Assembly: GCA_002104905.1 (NCBI GenBank)
Contig: MCFE01000655.1
Span: 1 to 49,490 of the forward strand
Direction: 5' to 3'
DNA length: 49,490 nt
DNA from: Basidiobolus meristosporus CBS 931.73
Taxonomy: Eukaryota > Fungi > Basidiobolomycota
Shown here: positions 37,007 through 47,600 of the stretch, in pieces
How the letters are laid out: each line of letters opens with the position of its first letter
Position numbering within the stretch: the first letter of the stretch is position 1
The notes under the pieces: model-generated
The model's input: the letters and a program-made list of their open reading frames with translations, nothing else
Told to the model about the DNA's origin: nothing
The model's database searches: none
Program-made: the position numbers and the translations under genes

Positions 37007-37424
37007 ATGGGTAACTCGTATTATCAAAGAATCATGGAGCTCGAGCGCTTGGAAAGAGAAAGCGCTGAAAAAGACACCAAAACCACCGAAAATTCACGGA
37101 CAAATTTCCAAGATCTTAATGTTCACCAGATCTACGAAACCTCCTCCGAATCCGACCTAGAATTCGAGGCGTCCACCGACCGCATGCGTCGTCGCTTCCA
37201 ACTAGCCCTTGAGAATCGCCACTTCCAACAGCAACTGTTGGCGTCGCAGGCGGTTTTACGTAATAGGATTCGTCAGCGACTTGAGGTACGTATAGCCAAC
37301 TTGTAGAATTGGCTCGATTTGTGGCTAAACCGACTGATCCTGATAGAATCCATTCCGACCCGAAAACATCCTGATGGACATTTTGACACGATACTCTAGT
37401 GACACGGAAATGGAGGAGGTTTGA
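37007..37424 (+). CDS. Hypothetical protein (2 exons, about 118 aa)
   Basis: The ORF from ATG 37007 continues across intron GTACGT...CTGATAG (37286-37346) into NPFRPENILMDILTRYSSDTEMEEV*. The protein is charged and helical. No family recognised. Confidence 0.5.
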
Positions 37425-37950
37425 CTCATTGATTGAGCTGAACTCTTGTATTGGCAAGCATAGTGAAGTGTAGCGCCACTTCAACACTTGAGCGTATTCA
37501 ACTTTAAGATACCGAGGGCGTAGGTGCCTACGAATTGCCATCCTTGTATTTTCTTTATCTCATGTTAAAAGCAAACGACTTGCTGCTGTTTCGCAGTAAC
37601 GCAGGTGTTTCGTTCCACCGTATTTCTTTATATGTTGGGAAGAGCCATGCTCAAACCATACACCTCTCTATTTATTGTATTATCTCGTGAGCACTTTCAG
37701 GGATGCTGTTCTTGGGCTGTGCGAAACCACCATTGTACCAAACTTCCTCGAAGATAATAAACCTCCACCACAGCTACACGAATTCTATCTGTACCGCTTC
37801 GTGCCCGTTGACAACATCGTTGTTTCTAGATTCCCATAATGTTTTGGATCTCGGTAATTCGGTATCCCCGAATGGGTCATTTGTGACCATAGATTTTGTC
37901 CGTATAAAGATGCCCAACCGATTTGGCCACAATTGGCCACGACTACCATT

Positions 37951-38505
37951 ATGATTATTGCTTCACTCGAGACGGTCCAACTCCAAACCCATGTGCTTCC
38001 AAAGCTTGGTAACTTCCCCAACTCGGAATTCCACCAACTGCCTCTACTGCTCTATCAGCACGTTCTCTCGTTGTCCGAGGTCGAAGATGCTGGTGAATTC
38101 GTGGAGGAATTGTTCGAAAAGAATGGCTTTCAACCACAGTGGCGATACGGGATGTACAAAAGGAGTCATTATCATAGTAACACGCACGAGATCTTGGGTA
38201 TAATACGTGGCGAGGCTACATTGCGTTTCGGAGGTGGTGAGAAGGATGCAGTTGAGGTGAAGGTAGCAAGAGGAGATGTGCTGGTGATTCCGGTAGGTGT
38301 TGGTCACCAAGCGGTTGAAATGCAAGGGGATTTTCAGATGGTGGGCGCGTATCCTGAAAGTTCACCGCCATGGGATATGAATTATGGTGAGACTGTAGAA
38401 GAATTCGAACAAGCCGCTTCGAATATTCAGAAAGTGGCTTTGCCCAAGACCGATCCAGTCTATGGAAAGAAAGGCCCTCTTCTTGAACTGTGGCGCTCCG
38501 AATGA
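37951..38505 (+). CDS. YjlB-like single-domain cupin protein, intronless
   Basis: FPNS..LPLLLY; cupin motif 1 HYHSNTHEILG; motif 2 GDVLVIPVGVGH; MVGAYP..WDM; C-terminal LPKTDPVYGKKGPL. These follow the bacterial YjlB-type cupin pattern. Confidence 0.85.
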   Translation: MIIASLETVQLQTHVLPKLGNFPNSEFHQLPLLLYQHVLSLSEVEDAGEFVEELFEKNGFQPQWRYGMYKRSHYHSNTHEILGIIRGEATLRFGGGEKDAVEVKVARGDVLVIPVGVGHQAVEMQGDFQMVGAYPESSPPWDMNYGETVEEFEQAASNIQKVALPKTDPVYGKKGPLLELWRSE

Positions 38506-38560
38506 TTTCTCAGCTTTGAGGCAAGGGACGAGCTGCTCTTCAACACCATGACTCGGCAGT

Positions 38561-39095
38561 CTATCTGGGTCTAATAGCTAGTGAATATTGTGTGAATAAA
38601 TACTCCTGTAGCATCGTGTTTCGGGTAATGGAGGTGTCAGCATGTATTAGAAATTGCTTGAGAAATGGTGCATCCGTGGCAAAGGCTGAAGGCATCTGGT
38701 ACACCCAGACTGGCACAGTGAGCGCTATAAACAACAGGTGCAAGTGCGCCATGTGGGCAATCACTCGTATAAGGCCTTCAGGAATGCTTGTTCCACACAG
38801 GCCTGTTGGACTGCGAATTTTCTGTAGATCGGGAGAAATTCCACTCCTGCGGCATGCTGCACTCTTGAACATCCCGTACAAATAGAACCATGATAGGAGC
38901 CTCACCATTGCCCTCCGTTTGACTTATTAGCATTGGTAGAAAATAAAACAAATGCAGCCCACACCGCATGCCGTATCCCGAGAGATCCATGTCATCTGAC
39001 CAATCTAGGTTAGGATGCCGGTTTAGCGTCTAAAAAGCTACTGGGGCATACATATCCATCGGCCTTCAAATGCACCACTAGTCATTCGGCACACT
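38561..39095 (-). other. Candidate spliced gene or relic; reading frame ambiguous
   Basis: Two intron-like segments with branch points (GTATGC...CCTAACCTAG and GTGTGG...GCTAATAAG) lie upstream of the 115-aa ORF 38561-38908. Two alternative frames are both open across the splices. Confidence 0.25.
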
Positions 39096-39452
39096 CAAAA
39101 CGAAGGCACACTAGCCTGATGCTAGCGATCCATATTCCTCCGGGCATAAAATAACCTACAGCAATATTTACATGAAAACAGATTCATGCCCATGCGAGGT
39201 TTGGGTCGATCCGAATATGGCTAGTGTTAGTGTCGCTTTGAAAGATTCAAACCACCAACTCCGCAGCTTGGGCTTCTCCAACACAAGCGGGGATCAGAGA
39301 CAGAGTTTGAAACGGACGGCCGATGCCTGTCGGTGGATTATTCGTTGTTAGGCTTCAGATCTGTCAACGGAACCTGGTGCTCCTCTCTATAAAAGCAAAA
39401 CTGGGTGATCGTGCATACGGTAGAATTAGTAACCCTGACAACTTCCTCAGTC

Positions 39453-40872
39453 ATGAATGACTTCCTGTCCACGACACCCAACGAAAAAGACGAGTGTAAA
39501 CCAACCTTGCTATCTGGGGGATGCCTGACTGATCAGCAGCAGTTGCATCCCCAGAACCTCAAGGGGAGTAGTTTGTGCGATGACATCGAGATTCTGGACA
39601 GCCTCGAGGAAAAAACCTCGGCAAAGAAAGCTTTCCTGTTGCTAATCAAGGCGTTCATAGGAACTGGGGTCCTTTTCCTACCGAAGGCCTTTTCAAACGG
39701 CGGATTGCTCTTCTCAATAGTTTTTTTGGCCATCGTAGCCGCCATCACCTCCGCCGCCATGCTACTTCTAGTTAAAGTCCGGCTTCAGGTGCCTGGCGAT
39801 TTTGGGGCTATCAGTGAGCAAATCTATGGCCGTCCGATGAAGCTTCTAGTCATGAGCTCAATCACCATTTCACAGGTATCTGTTGGACTTGTCAGTCAAT
39901 TCTCTCTCAATCCAACTAACAAGTCGTGTGCAGATGGGTTTCTGCTGCACATATTTCATCTTCGTAGCACAGAATCTTTACGATCTGACCCATTCGTTGT
40001 CCAACTGCAGAGTGGATATCCCAGTCATCTACTTTATTCTTTTGCAGCTGGTGGTGTACGTGCCGTTTTCGCTGATTAGAAAGATCAAGGCCTTTTCGTA
40101 CGCCGCCCTGTTAGCAGATGTGTTTATATTGGTTGGGATCGCGTACATCCTGTACAGGAATGTCGAGCAATTGGCTACTGTAGGGGTGGGGAAGATCCAG
40201 CTCTTCAACCCCAAGGATTACCCATTGTTCATTGGCACGGCTCTTTTCAGCTATGAGGGGATTGGGCTGGTGTTGCCTATTGTGAACTCCATGAAAGAGC
40301 CGAAACGCTTCCCCCTTGTGCTGACCAGCGTAATTGTCGCCGTCACGGTGATATTCATTACCGTGGGAGCGATGTCATACAGCGCATTTGGTGATAAGAC
40401 AGAGACAATTGTTCTCTTAAACTTACCTCGTGCGCATCCAATGACCATTACCGTACAGATGTTCTACGTGCTTGCCATTCTCTTGACTCTACCACTAATG
40501 CTGTTCCCAGCCGTTGACATCTTCGAGCAGGGGATATTTGGGGATAAGTCGGGCGGAAAATCCAATATGGTCAAGTGGCAGAAGAACCTATTTCGTACTC
40601 TGATGTGTTTCGCGTTGGCGGTCATTGCCTGGGGAGGCGCGTCTAATCTGGATAATTTTGTATCTCTGATCGGAAGCTTTGGCTGTATCCCACTGCTTTT
40701 TATCTATCCTGCCATGCTTCACTACAAGGCGATCGCTAGCAAACCCATCTACAAGATCGGCAATGGAGTATTTATTGCATTAGGGTTTGTCGTCATGGTT
40801 TTTGTTACCTATATCAGTATTCAAAGTTGGTCTACTGCAGAGATCGTCAACCGTTGCTCACCGCGCGCATAG
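39453..40872 (+). CDS. AVT3/AVT4-like amino-acid transporter (Aa_trans family), 2 exons
   Basis: AFLLLIKAFIGTGVLFLPKAFSNGG. One intron at 39876-39933 (branch CTAAC) joins ITISQ to MGFCCTYFIFVA. Also FIGTALFSYEGIGLVLPI, WQKNLFR and FVSLIGSFGCIPLLFIYPAMLH. Confidence 0.93.
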
Positions 40873-41139
40873 TTTGTGACTTTCTTGAGGTCTGATCATA
40901 CCAATTGCACAATACCAGTAGTGAGACTGTGCGGTGCAACACGTTCACTTGCTATCTGTCCATGATAATGCCCTTTTCTACATTCTATCCTTGCGACACA
41001 TCCCTGTAGAACACCTCTACAGTGCAATAAACACTAGATTGATATGAGAATGTCCGCAATCCATTATGGGTCGTTCCAAGAGGGGACTTTGCTGAAAGTG
41101 GTATCGTTATTAGGCGTATTGTCAGCAGATTGATGCTCA

Positions 41140-41560
41140 CTGCCAACATCCCGGTGCGTGGAGCCAATTGATGCCATGCCTTGGAAGTCCACGTAGTCGA
41201 ACAAACGTATATACGAGGATTTGTCAAATGCACAAGACGCCTTAACATTGGCTGTGCAAGTGCTTCCGCCAAGTCCAATTACAGTCAGTCAAGTAATAAT
41301 CACGGGCGGATAAAGGTCCCAGCCTACACAGTGAGCAAGCGCACAAACAGTCCGCTGCGGCATTCTATCCCGAGATATTCTCCATATCAAACAACAATAC
41401 GTTGTTTGATTGTGATGATCCAGTTGTTGTGTGATGCTGGTGATCCCATTGAGCAGGGCAGCGCACATGTCTTGGAAGGGTCGTGAAGATAATTCTCGAG
41501 AGGTTTGAACTGCAGACTGATGGTGCCAACAGACCGGGCACCGATCTGAAGGTTTCTCAA
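41140..41560 (+). pseudogene. Cytochrome P450 C-terminal relic
   Basis: A stop-riddled frame retains, in the correct order, QHPGAWSQL (post-I-helix-like), AAFYPEIF (PERF-like) and AGQRTCLGR (41453-41479; heme motif G-x-R-x-C-x-G), followed by VKIILERFEL. Confidence 0.55.
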
Positions 41561-41672
41561 GTCTGAAGATGACATGGCAGATTGGATTCAGACACCTGCG
41601 AATGGCATTTGGTCAATATATTTATTAGAACGTTGGCTATGGAGAATTATATTTGCTCGTAGCCGTAGCATA

Positions 41673-42788
41673 TCAGACTTCCACCTCGGGCTGATCATGG
41701 GTTGCACAGTGGATCCCGCCTCCGCCGGAGGCGACATAGTCAATGTTCAAGGGAACAATCACACGATCGGGAAAGACCTCTTGGAGAATCTCCTGGGCTC
41801 TGCGATCCGCCACTACATCCCCAAACTCTGGCATGATGATCGCACCGTTGGCAATGTAAAAGTTGGCATATGAGGGCAGGAAGCTTTCTTCAAAATCTGT
41901 CGTATAATCGTGGGCCTCATCATTCCTTCCTTCCGCAGGTGTTCCTCTTATCTTCTGATGATCTGGTTCGGGTAAATCCACAAGCCTCAGCCTGTTGCCC
42001 GTCGCGTCCGTCGCACGCGTCAAGACTTCCATGGCCTGCTCGTACTGCTGGGCCCAGACCAAACTCTTTGGGTCCTTATCGCTGGTCGGTGCTGGGCGAC
42101 TCACTACAACAACACCTGGAGCAACAAATCGAGCCAATGTATCAACATGTGAGTCGGTGATGTCCATTCCCTTGACTCCTCGAAGCCAAATGACTTTCTG
42201 GATACCAAGCTCTGTCTCGAGTGCGAGCTCGATCTCCGATCGACTTTTGCCACGATTCCGGTTGTCATTCACAATGCTACTTTCGGTGATTATGAGTGTC
42301 CCGCGCCCATCGGATTCTATAGCTCCACCCTCGGAGGTGAGGCTGGACTGGAATCGAGGGAGTTGGTGATGGGCCAAGAAATTGCGAGCAACGTGGCCAT
42401 CTCGCTGGCGTGCTTCAGCTTCGTACTTGTTGCCCCACCCGTTGAAGTTGAAATCAACACCAATAGTTTCCTTTCCTTTGGTGAGAAACATGGGAGAAGT
42501 GTCCCGGGTCCAAAGATCATCGACCGCGACCGGGATGACCTCAATTTTGTCGCCTAGGGATTTTTGAGCCTTTTCCAACTGGTCGGGCGCGGCCAAAACC
42601 TGGACCGGTTCGAACCGGGAAATGGCTTGGGCGATTTGGACAATGTTCCTCTGTGTACCTTCGAGAAGACTTTGCCAGCCATCCTTGGATGCTGGCCAAG
42701 CCATGATGGTACGTTTGTGGGGCTCCCATTCGGGAGTAATGCGGAACCCGGCCGGGATTTTGTTTAACGTCTTCATTATGTTCGGCAT
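41673..42788 (-). CDS. Agmatine deiminase / Porphyromonas-type peptidylarginine deiminase family enzyme, intronless
   Basis: FRITPEWEPHKRTIMAWP, DDLWTRDTSP, VDFNFNGWGNK, SEGGAIESDGRGTLIITES, DITDSHVDTLARF, SYANFYIANGAIIMPEFGD and GGGIHCATHDQP. The catalytic Asp/His/Asp/Cys set is intact. TATAAATA at 42848-42855 favours ATG 42788 or 42776. Confidence 0.93.
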   Translation of the reverse strand: MPNIMKTLNKIPAGFRITPEWEPHKRTIMAWPASKDGWQSLLEGTQRNIVQIAQAISRFEPVQVLAAPDQLEKAQKSLGDKIEVIPVAVDDLWTRDTSPMFLTKGKETIGVDFNFNGWGNKYEAEARQRDGHVARNFLAHHQLPRFQSSLTSEGGAIESDGRGTLIITESSIVNDNRNRGKSRSEIELALETELGIQKVIWLRGVKGMDITDSHVDTLARFVAPGVVVVSRPAPTSDKDPKSLVWAQQYEQAMEVLTRATDATGNRLRLVDLPEPDHQKIRGTPAEGRNDEAHDYTTDFEESFLPSYANFYIANGAIIMPEFGDVVADRRAQEILQEVFPDRVIVPLNIDYVASGGGGIHCATHDQPEVEV

Positions 42789-43050
42789 CAACTTACAAGT
42801 AGGATTTTGCATTGATGGAATATACAAAATCTTGAGGCACGCTTCCATATTTATACGGAGCTGATGTGGTGGCACTTTATATGGGTGGCATGGTAAGCGG
42901 ACAAACTCTCAGGTCACATGATAGAATGTCCGCGTTACTAGCCGCAATCTCATTCGTGGTAGTGATCAACATGGCCCATCCAGATCATTGGAAAGTAGGC
43001 AAAAATTGGGCATGCCATGGTGGTGTCAGCCAGGCCAACATCTGTAATCT

Positions 43051-44348
43051 AAGCTGTCACTCTCTTCATTGTCTACTACTGCTATCACTGCAATTTTCCC
43101 TCTGCTGAAAAGCTGGATGGATCTAACTACCAAGTGTGGAAGTTGAAGATGAAGATGCTGCTACAAGAAAGAGGCCTTTGGGATATTGTCATGGGAGAAG
43201 AATGCCCTCCTAAAAGCATGGAAGAGGAAGCCTTAAAGTACCAGAAGAAAGAGCAAAGTGCCTTTAATCACTTTTGCCTTAATGTTAAAGACAAGTTGCT
43301 GATTCAATGCTCAAGAGCAAAAATGGCAAAGAATGCCTAGAAGGCATTAGAAGACAAAAAACAGTCATATTCAGCTGCTAAGAAAATGTATATTAAACAA
43401 AAATGCTTTTCTACAAAGATGCAGCCAGGAGAAGAAATGAAAAATCTGATTCACAGAATTATGCTGTTGGTTGATGAAATGAAATCTGTGGGTGGACCAA
43501 ATACTGCTGAAGATGTTATAGTTCTTTTAATTGTTAAGCTGTCACCAAAATATTCATGCTAACTTAGTCACAAAGATACTATTCTTTGATTAGCATTCTG
43601 TCCTGACCAAATTTCTTGTTGGGATTTACTTAGAATATTTTCACCAAATTATCAGGTACCCAGATTATGATCTTTCTCAAAGTTGTCCAAAAGCCCCCAA
43701 ACTTTGCACACATATTCTTGGGACCTTTCTTAGCAAACTTTGAGCATTTGTTTGATTGACTTTATCAAAGATATAAATACCATACTTTTGATCAATAAAT
43801 CTACATATGAATAAAATGTAAATCCTCTAGTTCTCCACATTCCTTCCAATACTCCTGAGAATATTGCAACAATAGTCACAATCCTGGATAGCCTGACAGA
43901 CAGGCTTCAGGGCCTTGTATCCGCCCTGAAGTCCAGACCTGAAGATTTGACCTTAAATTACACATATGGAAGACTGCTGGATGAAGAATTAAGAAAATCA
44001 AGTGCTAACAAGAAGGAAGAACAATATACTTTAATAAACAATGACAACCAACAACAGTGGTACCCAAAACCCTTTAAAGGCAATAGGAACCTGTTTTGTA
44101 ACTACCACAAAAGGGAAGGACACACATCAGACCAGTACCTCATACAGAGAAATAGTAAGCTGAAAAGCCTGAATATGGAAATGCTGCAACCACTGAAGAT
44201 GGACTATTCATATCTGCACTATATATGGCCACAAATAAGGATTTTCATATGTTGTATATTGACCCTTGAGCATCTCAACACTTTACATCAAAAAGAACTA
44301 TTTATCCAATATCAAGAAATTCCAATTAAGAAGGCTTTCATAGGTAAT
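43051..44348 (+). mobile_element. Truncated Ty1/Copia copy (gag to start of protease), interrupted by a solo LTR and cut by the next element
   Basis: Colinear with the gag of the minus-strand element (EKLDGSNYQVWK.KMKMLLQERGLWDIV; DLTLNY.YGRLLDEELRKSSANKKEE; QYQEIPIKK). It has stops, frameshifts and a degenerate zinc knuckle. No 5' LTR or PBS is visible. Confidence 0.9.
43523..43871 (+). mobile_element. Solo LTR (349 bp) of a related Copia family with 5-bp TSD ATAGT
   Basis: It aligns to the reverse complement of the LTRs at 44349 and 48695. Ends are TCTTTTAA (eroded TGTTGTAA) and TTGCAACA. ATAGT occurs at 43518-43522 and 43872-43876. Removing the LTR and one TSD restores gag EDVIVTIL. Confidence 0.85.
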
Positions 44349-44698
44349 TGTTGTAAGAGTCTTGGAGATATTGGAAGTGATTTGGAGAACAAGTAAATTG
44401 TGTGGTTTTCACTTAATGATTTGTTGAATGTAAAAGTAGTATTTATACTTTTACCTGGTCTTGGCATAACAAACACGTAAAATAAGTTAAGGAAGGTCCC
44501 AGGAGCATGTGTGCAAAGTTTGGGGCTGTTTGGACAACTTTGAGAATTTTCATGTTCTGGGTACCTGGTATTTTGGTGAAAATATTCCAAGTAAATTCCA
44601 ACACGGAATTTTGATCTGTATTCTCTAGGATTTGAAGGTAATGATCTAAGTGACTAAGTTAGGTGAATATTTAGGTGGAAATACAAATTTTTACAACA
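44349..44698 (-). repeat. 3' LTR (350 bp)
   Basis: TGTTGTAA...TTACAACA terminal inverted repeats. The adjacent polypurine tract GAGTGGGAG is at 44699-44707 on the minus strand. Confidence 0.95.
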
Positions 44699-47600
44699 CT
44701 CCCACTCAGCTAAATGTTCATACAGACTAGTCCCAATTTTGACCTAAGATATTCAAACTTGTCTCTAGCTAATGGTTTGGTAAATATGTCTGCAGTCATT
44801 TCATCTGTAGGACAGTAAACTAAGCTAACTAAGTTATTCTCTATAGCTTCATGTATGAAATGATGTCTAATATCTATGTGCTTGGTTCTAGCATGAAAAG
44901 TTGGATTTCTACCTAATTGTATACATCCTTGATTATCTTGAAATAAAGTAATAGGCATTTTTTGACATAGGCCTAAATCTGTAAACAGCTTTCTTAACCA
45001 CATTGCTTCTTTTGTAGCTTCACAGGCTGCCATATACTCTGCCTCTGTGGTGGAAAGTGCTACAGTTGGTTGCTTTCTTGAGTTCCATGAAATTGCTCCT
45101 TTACAGTAAAGAAAGGTGTATCCTGTGGTGGATCTTCTGTCTTCTAAATTTTGTCCCCAATCAGCATCAGAGTATCCCACCAGATCCTGTTCTGAATCCT
45201 TATAAGTGTATCTTAAGCAGATATCAGCAGTTCCTTTTAGGTATCCAAAAATCCGCTTAACTGCTGCAATATGATCAGATCCATAATTCTGATTATGTTG
45301 GCTGACAACTCCCACTGAATATGAGATATCTGGACGTGTTCCAAGCATGATATACATCAGACTGCCAACCATAGATTGATAAGGAAAGTCAGGGCTTTCA
45401 GATGGCACCAAGCTCTCTTGATTTGGTTGAGTTTTGACCAAGTTAAGGTTTGTCTCCATTGGGGTAGCTGCCGGTTTACAGTCTTCCATTTTGTACTTCT
45501 TTAGTATATCTTGAATATACTTGGATTGGCTTAGGGTGATAGTCTGGGTACTTCTGTCTATGGAGAACTTAATCCCTAAGTAGTAACTAAGTTCTCCTAG
45601 ATTGGACATCTTGAACTCCTTAGATAGGCTGGATTTAGTCTCTTCCAATGTTTCTAGGTTATTGGTGGCCATAATAAGATCATCCACATGTAGAGCTAAT
45701 AGAACTGGATTTGCTCTATCTGGCTTATAGTATATACTATAGTCAGCATTACTCCTTTTGAAACTCAAAGATTCCCAATAAGAATCTATCTTGCAATTCC
45801 AGGCTCTTGGTGATTGTTTGAGACCATATAGTGACTTTTTAAGCTTGCAGACCAAATGGGGGTTATCTTGGTCAGCAAACCCATCAGGCTGGTCCATATA
45901 CACGTCCTCATCAAGTTCCCCATTTAAAAATGCAGTTTTTACATCCATTTGATGAATAAAAAACTTATATTTGGCTGCAATAGCCAATATTAATCTGATG
46001 AAATTAAACTTGGCTACCAGTGCAAAGGTCTCAGTGTAGTCAAGTCCTTTTGTATGAGAGTATCCTTTGGCTACAAGTCTTGCTTTGTATCTTTCAATTG
46101 TGCCATCAGCCTTGTATTTTGTCTTGAAGACCCATCTGCATCCAATTGATTTTTGGTTGATTGGTAATTTGACTAAGTCCCAAATTTGATTTTCCATTAG
46201 GGCCTAATATTCCTCAGTCATTGCAGATCTCCAAAACTTTGTCTGAAGGCTATTTAGGGCCACTTTTACAGTCTGGGGTTCATCAATATGGACTAAATAG
46301 GCATAGGATAAGTTTATACCCTCATTGATATTGTGATTTGGGCTATTTCTTGTCCAATTGGATCTCCGGGCATTTGATACTGGAATGATCACTTCTGGGA
46401 TATTCTTGGGCACTGGTTCTGGCTGAACCATAGTTGTAGAGTCCTCTGGAGTGAAAAAATTTTCATTGTTTTGCTCTGATTCAATCCTGACAATTGATGG
46501 ACTTAGGATCAGATTTTTGTCATCATCTGATGTCATTTTTTGTGAAAATTTTGAATTTTCATCAAACAACACATCCCTGGAATTGGTCAGCTTCTTTGAT
46601 TTGGTATTGTAGAGTCTGTATGCCTTACTCTCATTGCAGTAGCCCAAAAATATGCATTTTACACTTTTTGGCTCAAATTTTGACTGATTTCCGGCCAGTT
46701 TTTTGGCATATGCTGTACACCCAAATATTCTAAGATGTTCTGCACTTGGTCTGTGTCCATACCATGCTTCAAATGGAGTAGAATCACAAAGTATTCTGTT
46801 ATAACTCCTATTTTTAAGGTATACAGCAGTGGCAACTGATTCCACCCAAAAATCATAGTGATAATTTTTGATCATGGATCATAGATCTTGCCATATCAAT
46901 TATTGATCTGTTAGCTTGTTCTGCTACTCCATTTTGCTGTGGGGAGTATGGTACAGTAGTCTCTTGCTTTATCCCATGAATTTTGCAGACGTGGATGAAG
47001 AGTTTTGAGGTATATTCTCCACTATTGTCTGAGTGTCATTTTTCTTGATTTTTTCACATGGTTCTCTCTCCACCATGGCTTTAAGCTCCCATGAACTTAG
47101 ACAGAGGCTTCTTCCTTTCTCTCCATGAAGTAGACCCACATGTATCTTGTATAATCATCAATAAAAGTGATTAAATACTTCATCCCACCTAAGGATAAAT
47201 TTTGCATAGGTCCACACAGGTCTGAGTGAATTAGATCTAATTTTCCTTAGTTTTGATTAACCCAGAGCTCTTGAACGGTTGTCTGGCTTGTCTCCCATAT
47301 ATGCAGGCTTCACAGTGCTCCAAATTAGCTGGGGATCAGTTTTCACTCCAGAAATTAGCTGATCTTTGATCATTTTACACAAATAATCAAAATTGACTGT
47401 GTCCCAAATCTCCTGTGCCAAAGCATTGGTGTTTCTTTACTTTAAGTTTACTTATATTGGCTTCCAAGATATGATGGAATATAAGTCAACTTGTATAGAT
47501 TCTGTATCTCTGATGCGCAAAGCAATATGGGCACCATTTTGATCAGTGATCCTGCATCCAGAATTGTCAAAACTGAAACTGAGTCCTTCTGCTGTGGCCT

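Noticed and set aside
37660-37930. Peptide-like stretch (DAVLGLCETTIVPNFLEDNKPPPQLHEFYLYRF) upstream of the cupin
   Set aside because: No convincing start or splice model, and no recognised family.
44312-44590. ORFs within the LTRs (44312-44590 and the 5' part of 48517-48822)
   Set aside because: They are LTR sequence read through by chance; the true gag starts at the PBS.
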